IMG/VR virus record: IMGVR_UViG_3300020281_000024
Location: 1 to 59,206 of that record
Source of the DNA: a virus
Taxonomy: Duplodnaviria; Caudoviricetes
Length of the DNA: 59,206 bases
Strand: one strand, 5' to 3'
Below the pieces are notes generated by a model, which worked only from the letters and a program-made list of their open reading frames with translations, searched no databases and was not told where the DNA came from. A program made the position numbers and the translations under genes. The first letter of the stretch is position 1. The number at the start of each line of letters is the position of its first letter. This document shows positions 39,201 to 46,827 of the stretch, one piece after another.

Positions 39201-40298
39201 GAAGATAGAGGATATCTATTCAGTTACGCTTCCACAGGATTAAGTCTTACAACTACAAAACAAACAGTGTTCCTATTAAGACTAGCACCGTCAGTATCTA
39301 ACGCATTGACAGGTGACTTAGGAGATAGGGATCTACTTAACAGAGCCCAGTTGCTACTAGACGGTGTTGAGATCACAACAGACGTTCCGTCGGCGGGTGT
39401 TAACGGACAGTTGGTTGTACAGGGTGTATTGAATCCACAAAACTATCCAATTGATCCAGCAGATATAGGTTGGGGTGACTTGAAAGGTCCAGCACAAGGT
39501 GGACAGCCAAGTTTCGCTCAGATTGCGGCAGGTGGTTCGGTTAACTGGAACGGTGGTGCATCACAAACTACTCAAACAGCGGACACTATTGCACAGATGA
39601 CTGCAACAGCAAACCACTGGTTCAACTTAGGTGGTAACAGAAACTATGCATACTTCCTTGAAGCACAATGGGAAGGCAAAGGTTTAAGAGTAGGTATGTC
39701 TGTAACATCTGGTCAGTTCCCATCAGGAACGGTGGTAACACAGATTATCGATTACAATTCATACTACTTCGTAAGATTTAGTAATAGACACACAGGTATA
39801 AGTTCAAACCAAGCAGTTGATTTTGCACTAGGTGGTGATCTAACTGGTACAAACTTCTTGTACATGGATCAAACGACATGGGAGGCTTCTAACGCAGTTA
39901 GCGGTACAGAAGTTGACACAGGTTACGCTAGTTTCCCACCAGGTACAACGGTTGCATCAGTTGATCCACTAGATACATTTGGTGCATCTAACTTCTACAG
40001 AGTTACATTCACACAGACATCGACAGGTACAATTACAGCAGGAAGTTCAGTAACGTTTGTATTTGGTCAACCACCATATGCACAACCGGGTGAAACTATA
40101 TTTTCATTTATTGCGGTGCCAGGTGAAAGAGCGACATTGAATCTAGCGGCGATCAAAGCCTTAACTAACACCACACTAGGTGGACGTGGTACGTTCCCTA
40201 ATGGTCCAGACGTGTTAGCAATCAACGTATTTAGAACAGCAGGTACGGGTGATGTTGCAGGAACAGTTACACTGCGTTGGTCAGAAGCACAGGCTTAA
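33288..40298 (+). CDS. giant (2336 aa) virion structural protein with tandem ~80-aa beta repeats
   Basis: N-terminal helical C.RD.G...DLRYGGN repeats; DADFEYGLQPTKW motif; about 8 copies of A.F.V...G..Y......G.NY..GD...I.G..LGG.SPAND; Ser/Thr/Gly-rich. Confidence 0.75.
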   Translation: MAKRRINDYKFIPGIPTTGNLYPNAWAQINANQEYLKDEATAYIASRVTTDTAYDAYPNTSARITNNLEYIKAEVAKYVENQVAGNVAPFAGYGGLSANIKQDVEKVVNAAYKDARYGGNERMRAQSNTYYVDGVLQLGDQGNPEIDYLTYARNLIHSYILTGAANSTINTEGLTQNTSGSNAESAGRTLMQSNMNVIINAIDNGILTLPAEVISSYPFADYTYDPYLCERDMGYNITGILKDLRYGGNEQSRYNAGTYWNGEVSVLTGNRQPEIQTKNEIRNIINNHIIPGTAHTTKQSPVVTQQTILGNAGEAAASGRVTTLFGIITDVIQNGLDNLPTQINNGISSVKIPERVELAELLLITNTTDNTVLYTFNDSAQGATVSFKREYESGTSNTTAFVDPDFPKAYHGNDVITTIFLNADTSADNDTDELQIFVEDDEVRTRPHDFGTDAIERLRVAQPESMLDADFEYGLQPTKWQAIATQRGYPSIYEVPGTDFDIATVTSDASAGTQGIGSSLITVTTVGPHNFEAGQPFTITGFNNAVTGASRAAGSFVVNTIISSTQFTYYAKAKVASANPTTISTTNTQLREGNFYTGAAIGFPSFSVSSNGSSGSFTTALNALSGASILPYTGTTPPVGAPLSGTGIPTGTQITGANGAGGALASPNVTGDFLSGVTEITVADSAGIVQNSVIDRGDGYAVAITNIAGNNLTLSSPLVQNIIGDITNYTGLAGVNYTPAGQLATFDISRVGGNYSVVIASSGENYTVGDAIVVPGTSLGGSTPANDATVLVESVDTGGEILTASISGSAFTGTGNTTGTSPTWQGGLGQGAQINVTKTNQSYTVALNSPTYTGTAVGTFPGAAGSSATFDVVATAGSYSASVNGAGSGYIVNDVIRIDGSTFGGTSANHANIRVTAVTGGGAIQTISVLGTAPAQEVTYNTVAFTGGNGTSAAFNVTRNGTTYSAAITSLGSNYQQNDVLTFLGSNLGGVDSTNDAQLTVTAVDGNGGILTFNVTGTAVDTKSYTAISSGANLSGVDATFDVSISGTSYSVSVNQAGNDYSVGQDLIIAGTSLGGTSPANDLTISVASITGSTGTGPINTISTSGTAALEGTNGYKVGDQFLVGGSDLGGVATTNDAIVSVGGVNGTGGITSLTISGTGTDANVDYTSPAYTTSASGTGAVFDINRTGTTYTATFSNNGSSFIASETIDIAGTALGGTSPANDCQITVDTVSAGAVATFTVTGTAVNTQTYTNVNKAGRTGTGLSVNVTLSSGSYSVALNNPGANYAVNQTFKILGTSLFGTSPANDLEFTITAVNNLVSGVVTTIGSITGTANTGTGNSLNVSGTNRTPQGVGAQFSITRSNQTDSSTAYTDVQITSLGSNYAIGDKLVIAGSSLGGQTPANDVTIRIQNINTTGGILAQTHTGTAVAGTGLSVFGSLSISETITQNIAQNSTITYSALATMQVDFTTPHGLVPGNAFIVVIQSDDGANNHILASGPFLATAIPSATRLQYQVRSPGAITDSGWQGFVYARPDSFFVHRPFDGGVQLGTGGPSHGAQAIRQSKKYIRYQSGKGCMYTTGALFAPSYDLLAVSADGLTQGSTITVTTDDVDHNLQVGARIRLIGIATSGYDGLYTIASVVNERTFTVLATIALGGTTAEFTDQPQVSLYEWNGATVRSGIFDDQNGIYWEYDGQQTNAVQRTATRQLAGVVTVSPNSNTVTGTGTRFREQVKAGDRVVIRGMTHVVSSVASNTSMFVTPDYRGVNTSQGVKVCAVVDKKAKQSEFNRDKLDGNGKSGYNWDVSKMQMIGIQFSWYGAGFIDWMARGNKGDFVFAHRMRNSNINTEAFMRTGNQPVRYEVTNEGPNGRLELDMTTSQTTVPLVDASFFPDNGGTLFIDNEIITYTGKTGDTLTGCTRAATLTNFNAGSTRNYTGGSATQHFRNTGVVLISNTASPIISHWGSAYLTDGNFDEDRGYLFSYASTGLSLTTTKQTVFLLRLAPSVSNALTGDLGDRDLLNRAQLLLDGVEITTDVPSAGVNGQLVVQGVLNPQNYPIDPADIGWGDLKGPAQGGQPSFAQIAAGGSVNWNGGASQTTQTADTIAQMTATANHWFNLGGNRNYAYFLEAQWEGKGLRVGMSVTSGQFPSGTVVTQIIDYNSYYFVRFSNRHTGISSNQAVDFALGGDLTGTNFLYMDQTTWEASNAVSGTEVDTGYASFPPGTTVASVDPLDTFGASNFYRVTFTQTSTGTITAGSSVTFVFGQPPYAQPGETIFSFIAVPGERATLNLAAIKALTNTTLGGRGTFPNGPDVLAINVFRTAGTGDVAGTVTLRWSEAQA

Positions 40299-40688
40299 TT
40301 ATTTTTCTTCAGTAACGGTAGTTTTTTGGTTATCGCCTTTGATTATGCGATAGTTGTCATTGGGATCATCAGCAGTACTCACTTCAGTAATACTTCCATT
40401 GTCAGTTAGACATTGCACTTGATGAGGTAGGAAAGGAATGTTACGCCATGTATCACCTTCATTTAATTCTTTTGTGTAAAGTGTTGCGTCCTTGGTATCT
40501 ATCCAACTTAATAAAAATTTGCCAGCATTGACAAACCAAGATTCATCTTTTTTTGCGTGATAGTGCATAGAAAATTTTGCACCTTTTCTATTGAAAACCA
40601 TTATTTTTCCACAATATAAATCATTGGAAGCAAAAATTAATTCGTATCCCCAACCTTTGTCTATTTTACCTTCTTTATTAATTGGCAT
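40299..40688 (-). CDS. cupin-fold sugar isomerase/epimerase-like protein
   Basis: KGWGYELIF...YCGKIM...FSMHYHAKKDESWFV...PFLPHQ...EVST; HxH..E..H cupin metal ligands. Confidence 0.75.
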   Translation of the reverse strand: MPINKEGKIDKGWGYELIFASNDLYCGKIMVFNRKGAKFSMHYHAKKDESWFVNAGKFLLSWIDTKDATLYTKELNEGDTWRNIPFLPHQVQCLTDNGSITEVSTADDPNDNYRIIKGDNQKTTVTEEK

Positions 40689-41496
40689 TTAAGAACTCCT
40701 CCACTGTTTTAAATTTGTGTTCTATGTTTTTATTTAATTCTGTTAAATCTGCACTGGTGTAGGTCTGATATTGACCTTGTAGTTTTGTAGGCATAGGTAT
40801 GATTTCTATTTCTGCGTTGTATTTTTTGGCTACCAATTCAGCAACTTTCTGAAAAGATATTGGTGCACCTGTACCAACATTAAAAATCCCTGAAACATCT
40901 TTGTTCATCATCTTACTATGCACATCACACACGTCATCCACACAAACAAAATCACGCAAATATTGATCGCTGTTTTCAAACAATTTTATCTTGCCAGTCT
41001 TAGCCTGGTTTGCAAATTTTGTTACAGGTGATGCTTGATCTCCTTTGCTTTCTTCGTTGTTACCATACACATTAAAATATCTATAACCCTGGACAAGCAC
41101 TTTAAATTCTCCCATTATTGAATTCACAAATCTGTCAAATAGATATTTGCTCCAAGCATATGCATTTAGAGGATACACATCACCGTCCTCTTTGAAGTTG
41201 CCTGTGTTTCCGTACACACTTGCCGAACTGGCATACTGGAAATTTGTTCCCATTGTGTCACACATTTCTAAAAGTTTCATACTGTATTCTAAATTTGTTT
41301 TCAAAATTTTGTCAACATTTCTTTCTGTTGTGCTTGTGATTGCACCAAGGTGGATTACCCAATCATACAATGACGGATCTGGAAAATGATTTGGATTTTC
41401 CCATCTAAAGCCTATGACTTCATGACCTTCTTTAGCCAATTGCATTCCTAAATGACTCCCTATAAATCCTTTATATCCTGTTAAACAAATTTTCAT
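40678..41496 (-). CDS. hldD: ADP-L-glycero-D-manno-heptose 6-epimerase
   Basis: TGYKGFIG Rossmann motif, HLGAITSTTE, YASSASVYG, PLNAYAWSK (YxxxK), RYFNVYG, RDFVCVDD, YQTYTSADLT. Start placed at MKICLTG by TAATG coupling to the upstream stop. Confidence 0.85.
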   Translation of the reverse strand: MKICLTGYKGFIGSHLGMQLAKEGHEVIGFRWENPNHFPDPSLYDWVIHLGAITSTTERNVDKILKTNLEYSMKLLEMCDTMGTNFQYASSASVYGNTGNFKEDGDVYPLNAYAWSKYLFDRFVNSIMGEFKVLVQGYRYFNVYGNNEESKGDQASPVTKFANQAKTGKIKLFENSDQYLRDFVCVDDVCDVHSKMMNKDVSGIFNVGTGAPISFQKVAELVAKKYNAEIEIIPMPTKLQGQYQTYTSADLTELNKNIEHKFKTVEEFLNAN

Positions 41497-42101
41497 TACC
41501 AAACGTTCTCCCATAATTTAATAATTTTATCTGCGCCTTCTGGTCTTATACTTTTTGTAAGTTCGTCATGATGATTGGGCATATAATTCATGTTTATATT
41601 AATCCTACTTCTTTTATCTGTGCAAGTAGTTCCTGTGTGTTCCATATAACTAGGAAACACCACCATAGAATTTTCAACACTAGGCACTTTTGTTCCGTCT
41701 CTAAATTCAGTGTAACCATCAGTTGAGTTCACATAATATATCGCAGTGTAACTTAACACAACTCTAGTGTCTGCATGGAATCCGTGTTTTATAATTTTTT
41801 CAGTTCTTGGAATATTATTTGCTTTCACTCTCACAAATGTATTTGCTTTCAGCACGTTGAAGATTGGATACAACATTTCCCAATTACTCCATTCCGTTGA
41901 TACATCTGAAACTCCGTGAAAATTATGTACAAATTGTAACTGATCTTTATCTTGAGTCATTTTTTGTTTGTCTTCTACAACGTGTTCTGTGTAATACCAA
42001 GGAAAATGATCACTTAACATTTTATTTTGTATACGTTGTAATTCTTCTTTAGTAATTACGTTTGTACAAATTAATTTACCGTTTTCAATTCTTGTTTCCA
42101 T
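41496..42101 (-). CDS. 2OG-Fe(II) oxygenase
   Basis: HGFHAD (HxD), TAIYYVN.TDGYT, VVFPSYMEHTG (distal His), RININMNY (2OG-binding Arg). Confidence 0.8.
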   Translation of the reverse strand: METRIENGKLICTNVITKEELQRIQNKMLSDHFPWYYTEHVVEDKQKMTQDKDQLQFVHNFHGVSDVSTEWSNWEMLYPIFNVLKANTFVRVKANNIPRTEKIIKHGFHADTRVVLSYTAIYYVNSTDGYTEFRDGTKVPSVENSMVVFPSYMEHTGTTCTDKRSRININMNYMPNHHDELTKSIRPEGADKIIKLWENVW

Positions 42102-43338
42102 TGACCTTATCCACTATGTTTGTTGTTGAAAATCCTTTCACTGTTGGAAAAATTCTTACTTCCGCAAGATCATTCCCGACCACTGTGTCAAATGTGTAAT
42201 CACCGCCTTTTACAATTATGTTTGGCTCATACTTTTTAATTGCTTCTATCGGTGTATCTTCGTTAAACACAACAACTTTATCTACCCAAGGTAATTGCAG
42301 TAATTGTTGTTCACGCACAAATGAATTATTGAATGGTCTGTTTTGTCCCTTTAATCTTTTGACACTTTCATCGGAGTTAATGCCCACAATTAATTGATCT
42401 CCTTGTTGTTTCGCAAATTTTAATAATTTAAAGTGTCCTTCATGTAATATATCAAACACTCCATTGGTCCATACCACTGTGTCTTCAACATCTGATCTAT
42501 CAATTATTGATACTCCTCTTTTTTGTACAATTTTTTCTGCACCTTTTACCGCAAGTTCGCAACAATTAATCATTTTAATATTTTGAAAGTAATGTGCAAT
42601 AATGGCTAAAACAGAATCACCCGCTCCACTTACATCTGCAACTTCAACAGTATTGCTTTTGATATGGTCATACGAGTCTTTAGTTACAACGTGTATTCCG
42701 TTGGCTCCATCTGTAACAATAAGCCACGTCCATTCGTTGTCTTCACATCTCTTTTTAGCAATTTCAACGTCAAAATTTCCAAACCATGCTTCATATTCTT
42801 TCATATTTGGTTTAACTAAAAATGCTCCTATGTACTTGCTAAATCCTTGTTTTGGATCCACATAAACATTTTTGCATTTTTCTAAAATTTTCATCACAGT
42901 GTCCTTTTTGATCACTCCTTTATTGTAATCACTAACAATTACTGTGTCGTCTTCTTGCAAATCTTTTAATAATAATTCTAATGGTGAATCAGACGTATAT
43001 TTTTCTTCTTTGTCTACCCTGATAAGATGTTGTCCATTTTGTCCTATGATTCTAGTTTTGGTAGTGGTCATTATACCATCTTGGCACAGATGCGACTTTA
43101 CTCCATTTTGCAGTAAAATTTCTTGGATTTTGTGTCCGGGTATGTCGTTGCCCACGGAACCATAAAGCCACGTGTCTGTGCCCAAGTTTGATAGGTTTAA
43201 CGCTAGGTTTCCAGCGCCTCCAACGTTGAAGTCTTTGTTTGTTTCTTTAACTACAAGTACCGGTGCTTCTGGACTGACTTTTTGGCAGTCGCCCTGCGTC
43301 CACATATCAAGCATAACGTCACCGATGATTTTAATCAT
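42085..43338 (-). CDS. hldE: bifunctional heptose-7-phosphate kinase / heptose-1-phosphate adenylyltransferase
   Basis: IGDVMLD...SPEAPV.V...GGAGNLALN, SDYNKG, VDPK, KPN.KE, DVSGAGD (PfkB-type kinase) fused to TNGVFDILHEGH...GINSDESVKRLKG..RP...KGGDY...GFSTT (nucleotidyltransferase). Confidence 0.92.
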   Translation of the reverse strand: MIKIIGDVMLDMWTQGDCQKVSPEAPVLVVKETNKDFNVGGAGNLALNLSNLGTDTWLYGSVGNDIPGHKIQEILLQNGVKSHLCQDGIMTTTKTRIIGQNGQHLIRVDKEEKYTSDSPLELLLKDLQEDDTVIVSDYNKGVIKKDTVMKILEKCKNVYVDPKQGFSKYIGAFLVKPNMKEYEAWFGNFDVEIAKKRCEDNEWTWLIVTDGANGIHVVTKDSYDHIKSNTVEVADVSGAGDSVLAIIAHYFQNIKMINCCELAVKGAEKIVQKRGVSIIDRSDVEDTVVWTNGVFDILHEGHFKLLKFAKQQGDQLIVGINSDESVKRLKGQNRPFNNSFVREQQLLQLPWVDKVVVFNEDTPIEAIKKYEPNIIVKGGDYTFDTVVGNDLAEVRIFPTVKGFSTTNIVDKVNGNKN

Positions 43339-43766
43339 TACATTAATTTTAGCATTTTGAACACAGTGTCTAGTTTGACCTGGTTCATTTTATTTTGTAG
43401 AGTCTTACGTAAACCTTGATGCAATGGCTTGGGCCAATTGCCAAAACTTACCCACGCATATCCATCGTGTTCTGTATTCAATTTTGGAATAAATTCTTTT
43501 TCTACGACACATAGGAAAGTATGGTATAAAAAGTTTTCGTCGTTGCTGATGAAAGTTTCCATAGGTATTTTCTTTTTGATATCCACGTCACCTATTTCTT
43601 CTTTGATTTCACGGTTTAAGCCTTCCCATAAATTTTCATTCACGGTTGTACCGCCAACCAATCCCCACACATGATTTTGTTTACTTTGTACTCTATGAAG
43701 TAATAAAAACCTTTGGGTATCCAAAGTATAGAAGAGTGCACCGCACCCGATAATTTTACTGCTCAT
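43338..43766 (-). CDS. Nudix hydrolase
   Basis: Nudix box GGTTVNENLWEGLNREIKEEIG; LNTEHDGYAW; PLH.GL. Confidence 0.85.
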   Translation of the reverse strand: MSSKIIGCGALFYTLDTQRFLLLHRVQSKQNHVWGLVGGTTVNENLWEGLNREIKEEIGDVDIKKKIPMETFISNDENFLYHTFLCVVEKEFIPKLNTEHDGYAWVSFGNWPKPLHQGLRKTLQNKMNQVKLDTVFKMLKLM

Positions 43767-43782
43767 GTAAATAATTATGTGA

Positions 43783-45240
43783 TTAGGATATCTTCCAGGT
43801 TCCTTTACGATATTCGCCTTCGAAACTTAAGATCCATTCACTACCATTCCACTTGTATTGGATACCAGTTTTTAAATTGGTAATGTATGTTGGAGTAAAT
43901 GTGCTGTCACCTGGATCAGGATTTGCACTTGCGTCAAAAATTATTTGCCAATTTGTGCCATTCCATTCAACTATGTCATTGGCACTTGCAACTAAATCGA
44001 TGTTACTGTCACCTTTCCAAGCATCTGCACCATCAACGTTTTGTGTGCTACCAATATCTTTCAATAATAGGACACGTTTTCCATTTTGTTTTATCGCACT
44101 TGGATTGAAAGTTGTCGGATCTACTATAAAGTCTACACTGCCTCTAGTATCTTGAGGACCAACAATCACTGTGTCTGTTGGAATAGTATCCATATCCCAT
44201 GTGACCAATATTTGCATTGGATTAGATTCGTTTAATGCAATAGTACCAACCACGGGCACATCTATACCTTCTCTATTCAATTGTATTTTGCTTAAACCTG
44301 CTTTGTAATTTGGAATAACATCAAGGTATCCATTCCATGCAAGTGAACCTATAACACCTTTGTCAATTATAGATACTGTTTGTCCAAGTACATAAATGTC
44401 GAACTGTGTTCCTGTTGTGCCTTGTACACTAGAAGTATCTTTACGTGCCGCAACACTGGTATCAATACTGCCATCAGCAGATGTTTTAATTGAAGCCTTG
44501 ATACTTTTTTCATAGTCGTCTTGGTAAGCCATTAGTTCAGGCATGGACTGACTTAGGTCAATGTTGCCTGTTTTTTCATTGAATATACTGGTAATAATGT
44601 GTGTAATGACTCCTAATTTTTTGACCTTAGTTGGAGGACTAATAAAGATTGGCATACTAAAACTTAATGTTGCAACATCTATTTCGCTTTCAGTTCCTAA
44701 AGGTATTGTTCTACTTGAAAAGTTTATATTATCTAATTCAACAACACTCAAACTTGTCCAATCAACGTAATTGTCTGTGGTTTGAATTTCTAAACTTGGA
44801 TTGAAAAGCATACAAATTTGTTCTAATATTTGTAATTTTTGTTCTGTGTTACTTGACCATATGTCACAATTCACTGTTAAAGTGTAAGGTGTTGGCATGA
44901 GTCTTTCCACAGTAACATTTTTTCCTTGGGTGTTTAGATATTCTTTATTTGTGCTGTCATATGCACGTTCTCTAACATGAATTTTACTGATAAAACTTGC
45001 ATCAGCCAACCTAGTTCTATCCATTGTTAAATTTGTTACATACACACCCATTCTAGGCACACTAGGTAATTTGTTTTCTGAATTGTCTCTGATTATGTGA
45101 CCGACCTGTCTACTGATGTCACCATACATCACTGGTATTGTCCGTAATGCATCATCTCCATCTTTGTAAGTGAAGTTACTCATAAGTCTGATCACCTGAG
45201 TAATGTATCTTCTAATCTGTCCATCGTAAAAATGTTGCAT
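43783..45240 (-). CDS. gp15: tail sheath stabiliser / tail completion protein (T4 gp15-like) with C-terminal extension
   Basis: HFYDGQIRRYI...IPVMYGD...PRMG...PTPYTL...QKLQILEQI..LFNPSL. Confidence 0.7.
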   Translation of the reverse strand: MQHFYDGQIRRYITQVIRLMSNFTYKDGDDALRTIPVMYGDISRQVGHIIRDNSENKLPSVPRMGVYVTNLTMDRTRLADASFISKIHVRERAYDSTNKEYLNTQGKNVTVERLMPTPYTLTVNCDIWSSNTEQKLQILEQICMLFNPSLEIQTTDNYVDWTSLSVVELDNINFSSRTIPLGTESEIDVATLSFSMPIFISPPTKVKKLGVITHIITSIFNEKTGNIDLSQSMPELMAYQDDYEKSIKASIKTSADGSIDTSVAARKDTSSVQGTTGTQFDIYVLGQTVSIIDKGVIGSLAWNGYLDVIPNYKAGLSKIQLNREGIDVPVVGTIALNESNPMQILVTWDMDTIPTDTVIVGPQDTRGSVDFIVDPTTFNPSAIKQNGKRVLLLKDIGSTQNVDGADAWKGDSNIDLVASANDIVEWNGTNWQIIFDASANPDPGDSTFTPTYITNLKTGIQYKWNGSEWILSFEGEYRKGTWKIS

Positions 45241-45614
45241 TATTTTTTACCTTTTTTGTTTGCATTTATGTATCTTCTGAACACAGCCGCCTCTTTGCTT
45301 TTTCCAGCCGCTTTTGCCCTTTGTTCCATGCTTACAGCCGCCTGAATTTTGTGTGCATGACTTCTGCCTGATTTGCGTATTCTAGATACACTGGCTCTAG
45401 CGGTAGATACATCTTTGTAACCTAATTTTTTTATTGTATCTTTAGGATTGTCATCCGTGTATAGATCGCCTTTTTTCTTCTTTTCATTAATCTTATTACC
45501 AACAGGCTCGTAAAAAGTTCTTACTTTGCCCATAAATTCTTTAGTGACTTTTTTAAGTCCTACTGCTTTTTCAGTACCTGGTATAGGTATTCCCCAAAGT
45601 TCTCTTAATTTCAT
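45240..45614 (-). CDS. basic hypothetical protein, possible head-internal protein
   Basis: Lys/Arg-rich; DLYTDDNPKDTI..LGYKD...AHKIQAAVSMEQRAK; TAATG-coupled on both sides. Confidence 0.6.
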   Translation of the reverse strand: MKLRELWGIPIPGTEKAVGLKKVTKEFMGKVRTFYEPVGNKINEKKKKGDLYTDDNPKDTIKKLGYKDVSTARASVSRIRKSGRSHAHKIQAAVSMEQRAKAAGKSKEAAVFRRYINANKKGKK

Positions 45615-46771
45615 TAACCGTCCGCCTTAGGTTTAAGTGCTTTTGAAAGTGCCTGTCTTTCTGTTACAGTTTCACCAGCAATAGATGATGTTTTTGTGTT
45701 ATTAATAAATGTGCCTTTCAAATTGCTTCTTGTATCTGTGTTAGATAGTGTCATACGCACATTATCTTCCATCTTGACCCAACGTCCACCATCATATCTG
45801 AATAGTCTGTTAGGTAAAAAGTCTGTTCTTAGGAAATAATCACCTTTGTCTGAAGCACTTGGAAAACTAATTCCAAATCCAAATACCTCTCCGTTAGGAG
45901 CCAAACCATCACCCAACAAATATCCATCATATCCTGACTTATCAGGTGTTTGATTAATTCTGTCGGCAAGTGTGTTATGGGTTGTTGTATCTAAAGTTGA
46001 AGTATCTGTTGTTACTAATTCAGGTTTTCCTTTATCGTCTACCTGTAAAGTATATAAATTTTTTGTTTCATAACCTGATTTTTTTGTATCGTCTTCTGCT
46101 TGTTGTACTACTGCATTATTAATTTGCATTTCTTTTTCATATGTAGAAAGCACATCTCGTAAAGTTTTACCGTCGCCAGTACCAGCATCTTTCTGTAAAA
46201 TTTCTTTGAATTCTTGACTGTCGTATATCTGTTTAAGTTTAATTCTATATAAATGTGGATACCAAGTTTGTGAAAATCCTTCTGCCGCCCTGTTAATATC
46301 TTCTACAACGTAAAATCTTTTAAGTGCAACACTAAAATCATTCAATGCGTATTCGTCTTTTAGATGCGGAAGTTCAAAAACATCTCCCGGCATAACTTTT
46401 CTACCCAACGTTTTCACACTTGTTGTTATAGGCATTGTCATAAACAGTGTGTCATTTTGTAAAAATAAACCAAACTGGCTCATGTCAAAGTCAACATCAG
46501 CCACATTGTATATTCCTCGCAATGTGTATATTGAACTGTCATATTTCCTATCACGATTTTCTAAGAATAACATATCTTGAATATTAGTTTCTTTCACAGA
46601 ATCGTATCTAGGTTCTGTAGCAGTAGCATCTGCTTCGGCAGGATTCTTTGGTCCTAGGTATTTGTGTACAAAAACGTCTGTTCCACCCACAGTAAACATC
46701 TCTACTACGGTCTTGTCTAAAAACGTGTAATCCTGACCTTTTTCCGGCTTATATAGACTTAATCTTGGCAT
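45614..46771 (-). CDS. gp14: neck / head-closure protein (T4 gp14-like)
   Basis: MPRLSLYKPEKG.DY.F.D...IQD.LFLENRDRKYD...LSQFGLFL-like...LGRK.MPGDV.ELPHL; divergent from gp13 and upstream of gp15. Start moved to MPRLS, just downstream of the late promoter. Confidence 0.6.
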   Translation of the reverse strand: MPRLSLYKPEKGQDYTFLDKTVVEMFTVGGTDVFVHKYLGPKNPAEADATATEPRYDSVKETNIQDMLFLENRDRKYDSSIYTLRGIYNVADVDFDMSQFGLFLQNDTLFMTMPITTSVKTLGRKVMPGDVFELPHLKDEYALNDFSVALKRFYVVEDINRAAEGFSQTWYPHLYRIKLKQIYDSQEFKEILQKDAGTGDGKTLRDVLSTYEKEMQINNAVVQQAEDDTKKSGYETKNLYTLQVDDKGKPELVTTDTSTLDTTTHNTLADRINQTPDKSGYDGYLLGDGLAPNGEVFGFGISFPSASDKGDYFLRTDFLPNRLFRYDGGRWVKMEDNVRMTLSNTDTRSNLKGTFINNTKTSSIAGETVTERQALSKALKPKADG

Positions 46772-46773
46772 AG

Positions 46774-46813
46774 ACATATATTTATCGGATGGTACTGAGT
46801 GATAAATATATGT
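46774..46813. promoter_or_regulatory. back-to-back late promoters forming a perfect 13-bp inverted repeat
   Basis: ACATATATTTATC (46774-46786) and GATAAATATATGT (46801-46813), 14-bp spacer; each arm carries ATAAATA facing gp14 (-) or gp13 (+). Confidence 0.7.
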
Positions 46814-46827
46814 AAGGAACGTATTAA

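Noticed and set aside
40299-43338. Bacterial LPS locus or chimeric contig
   Set aside because: The genes are chained by overlapping start/stop codons and short spacers to phage gp14/gp15 genes and share the phage's composition and promoter motifs, so they appear to be genuinely phage-borne.
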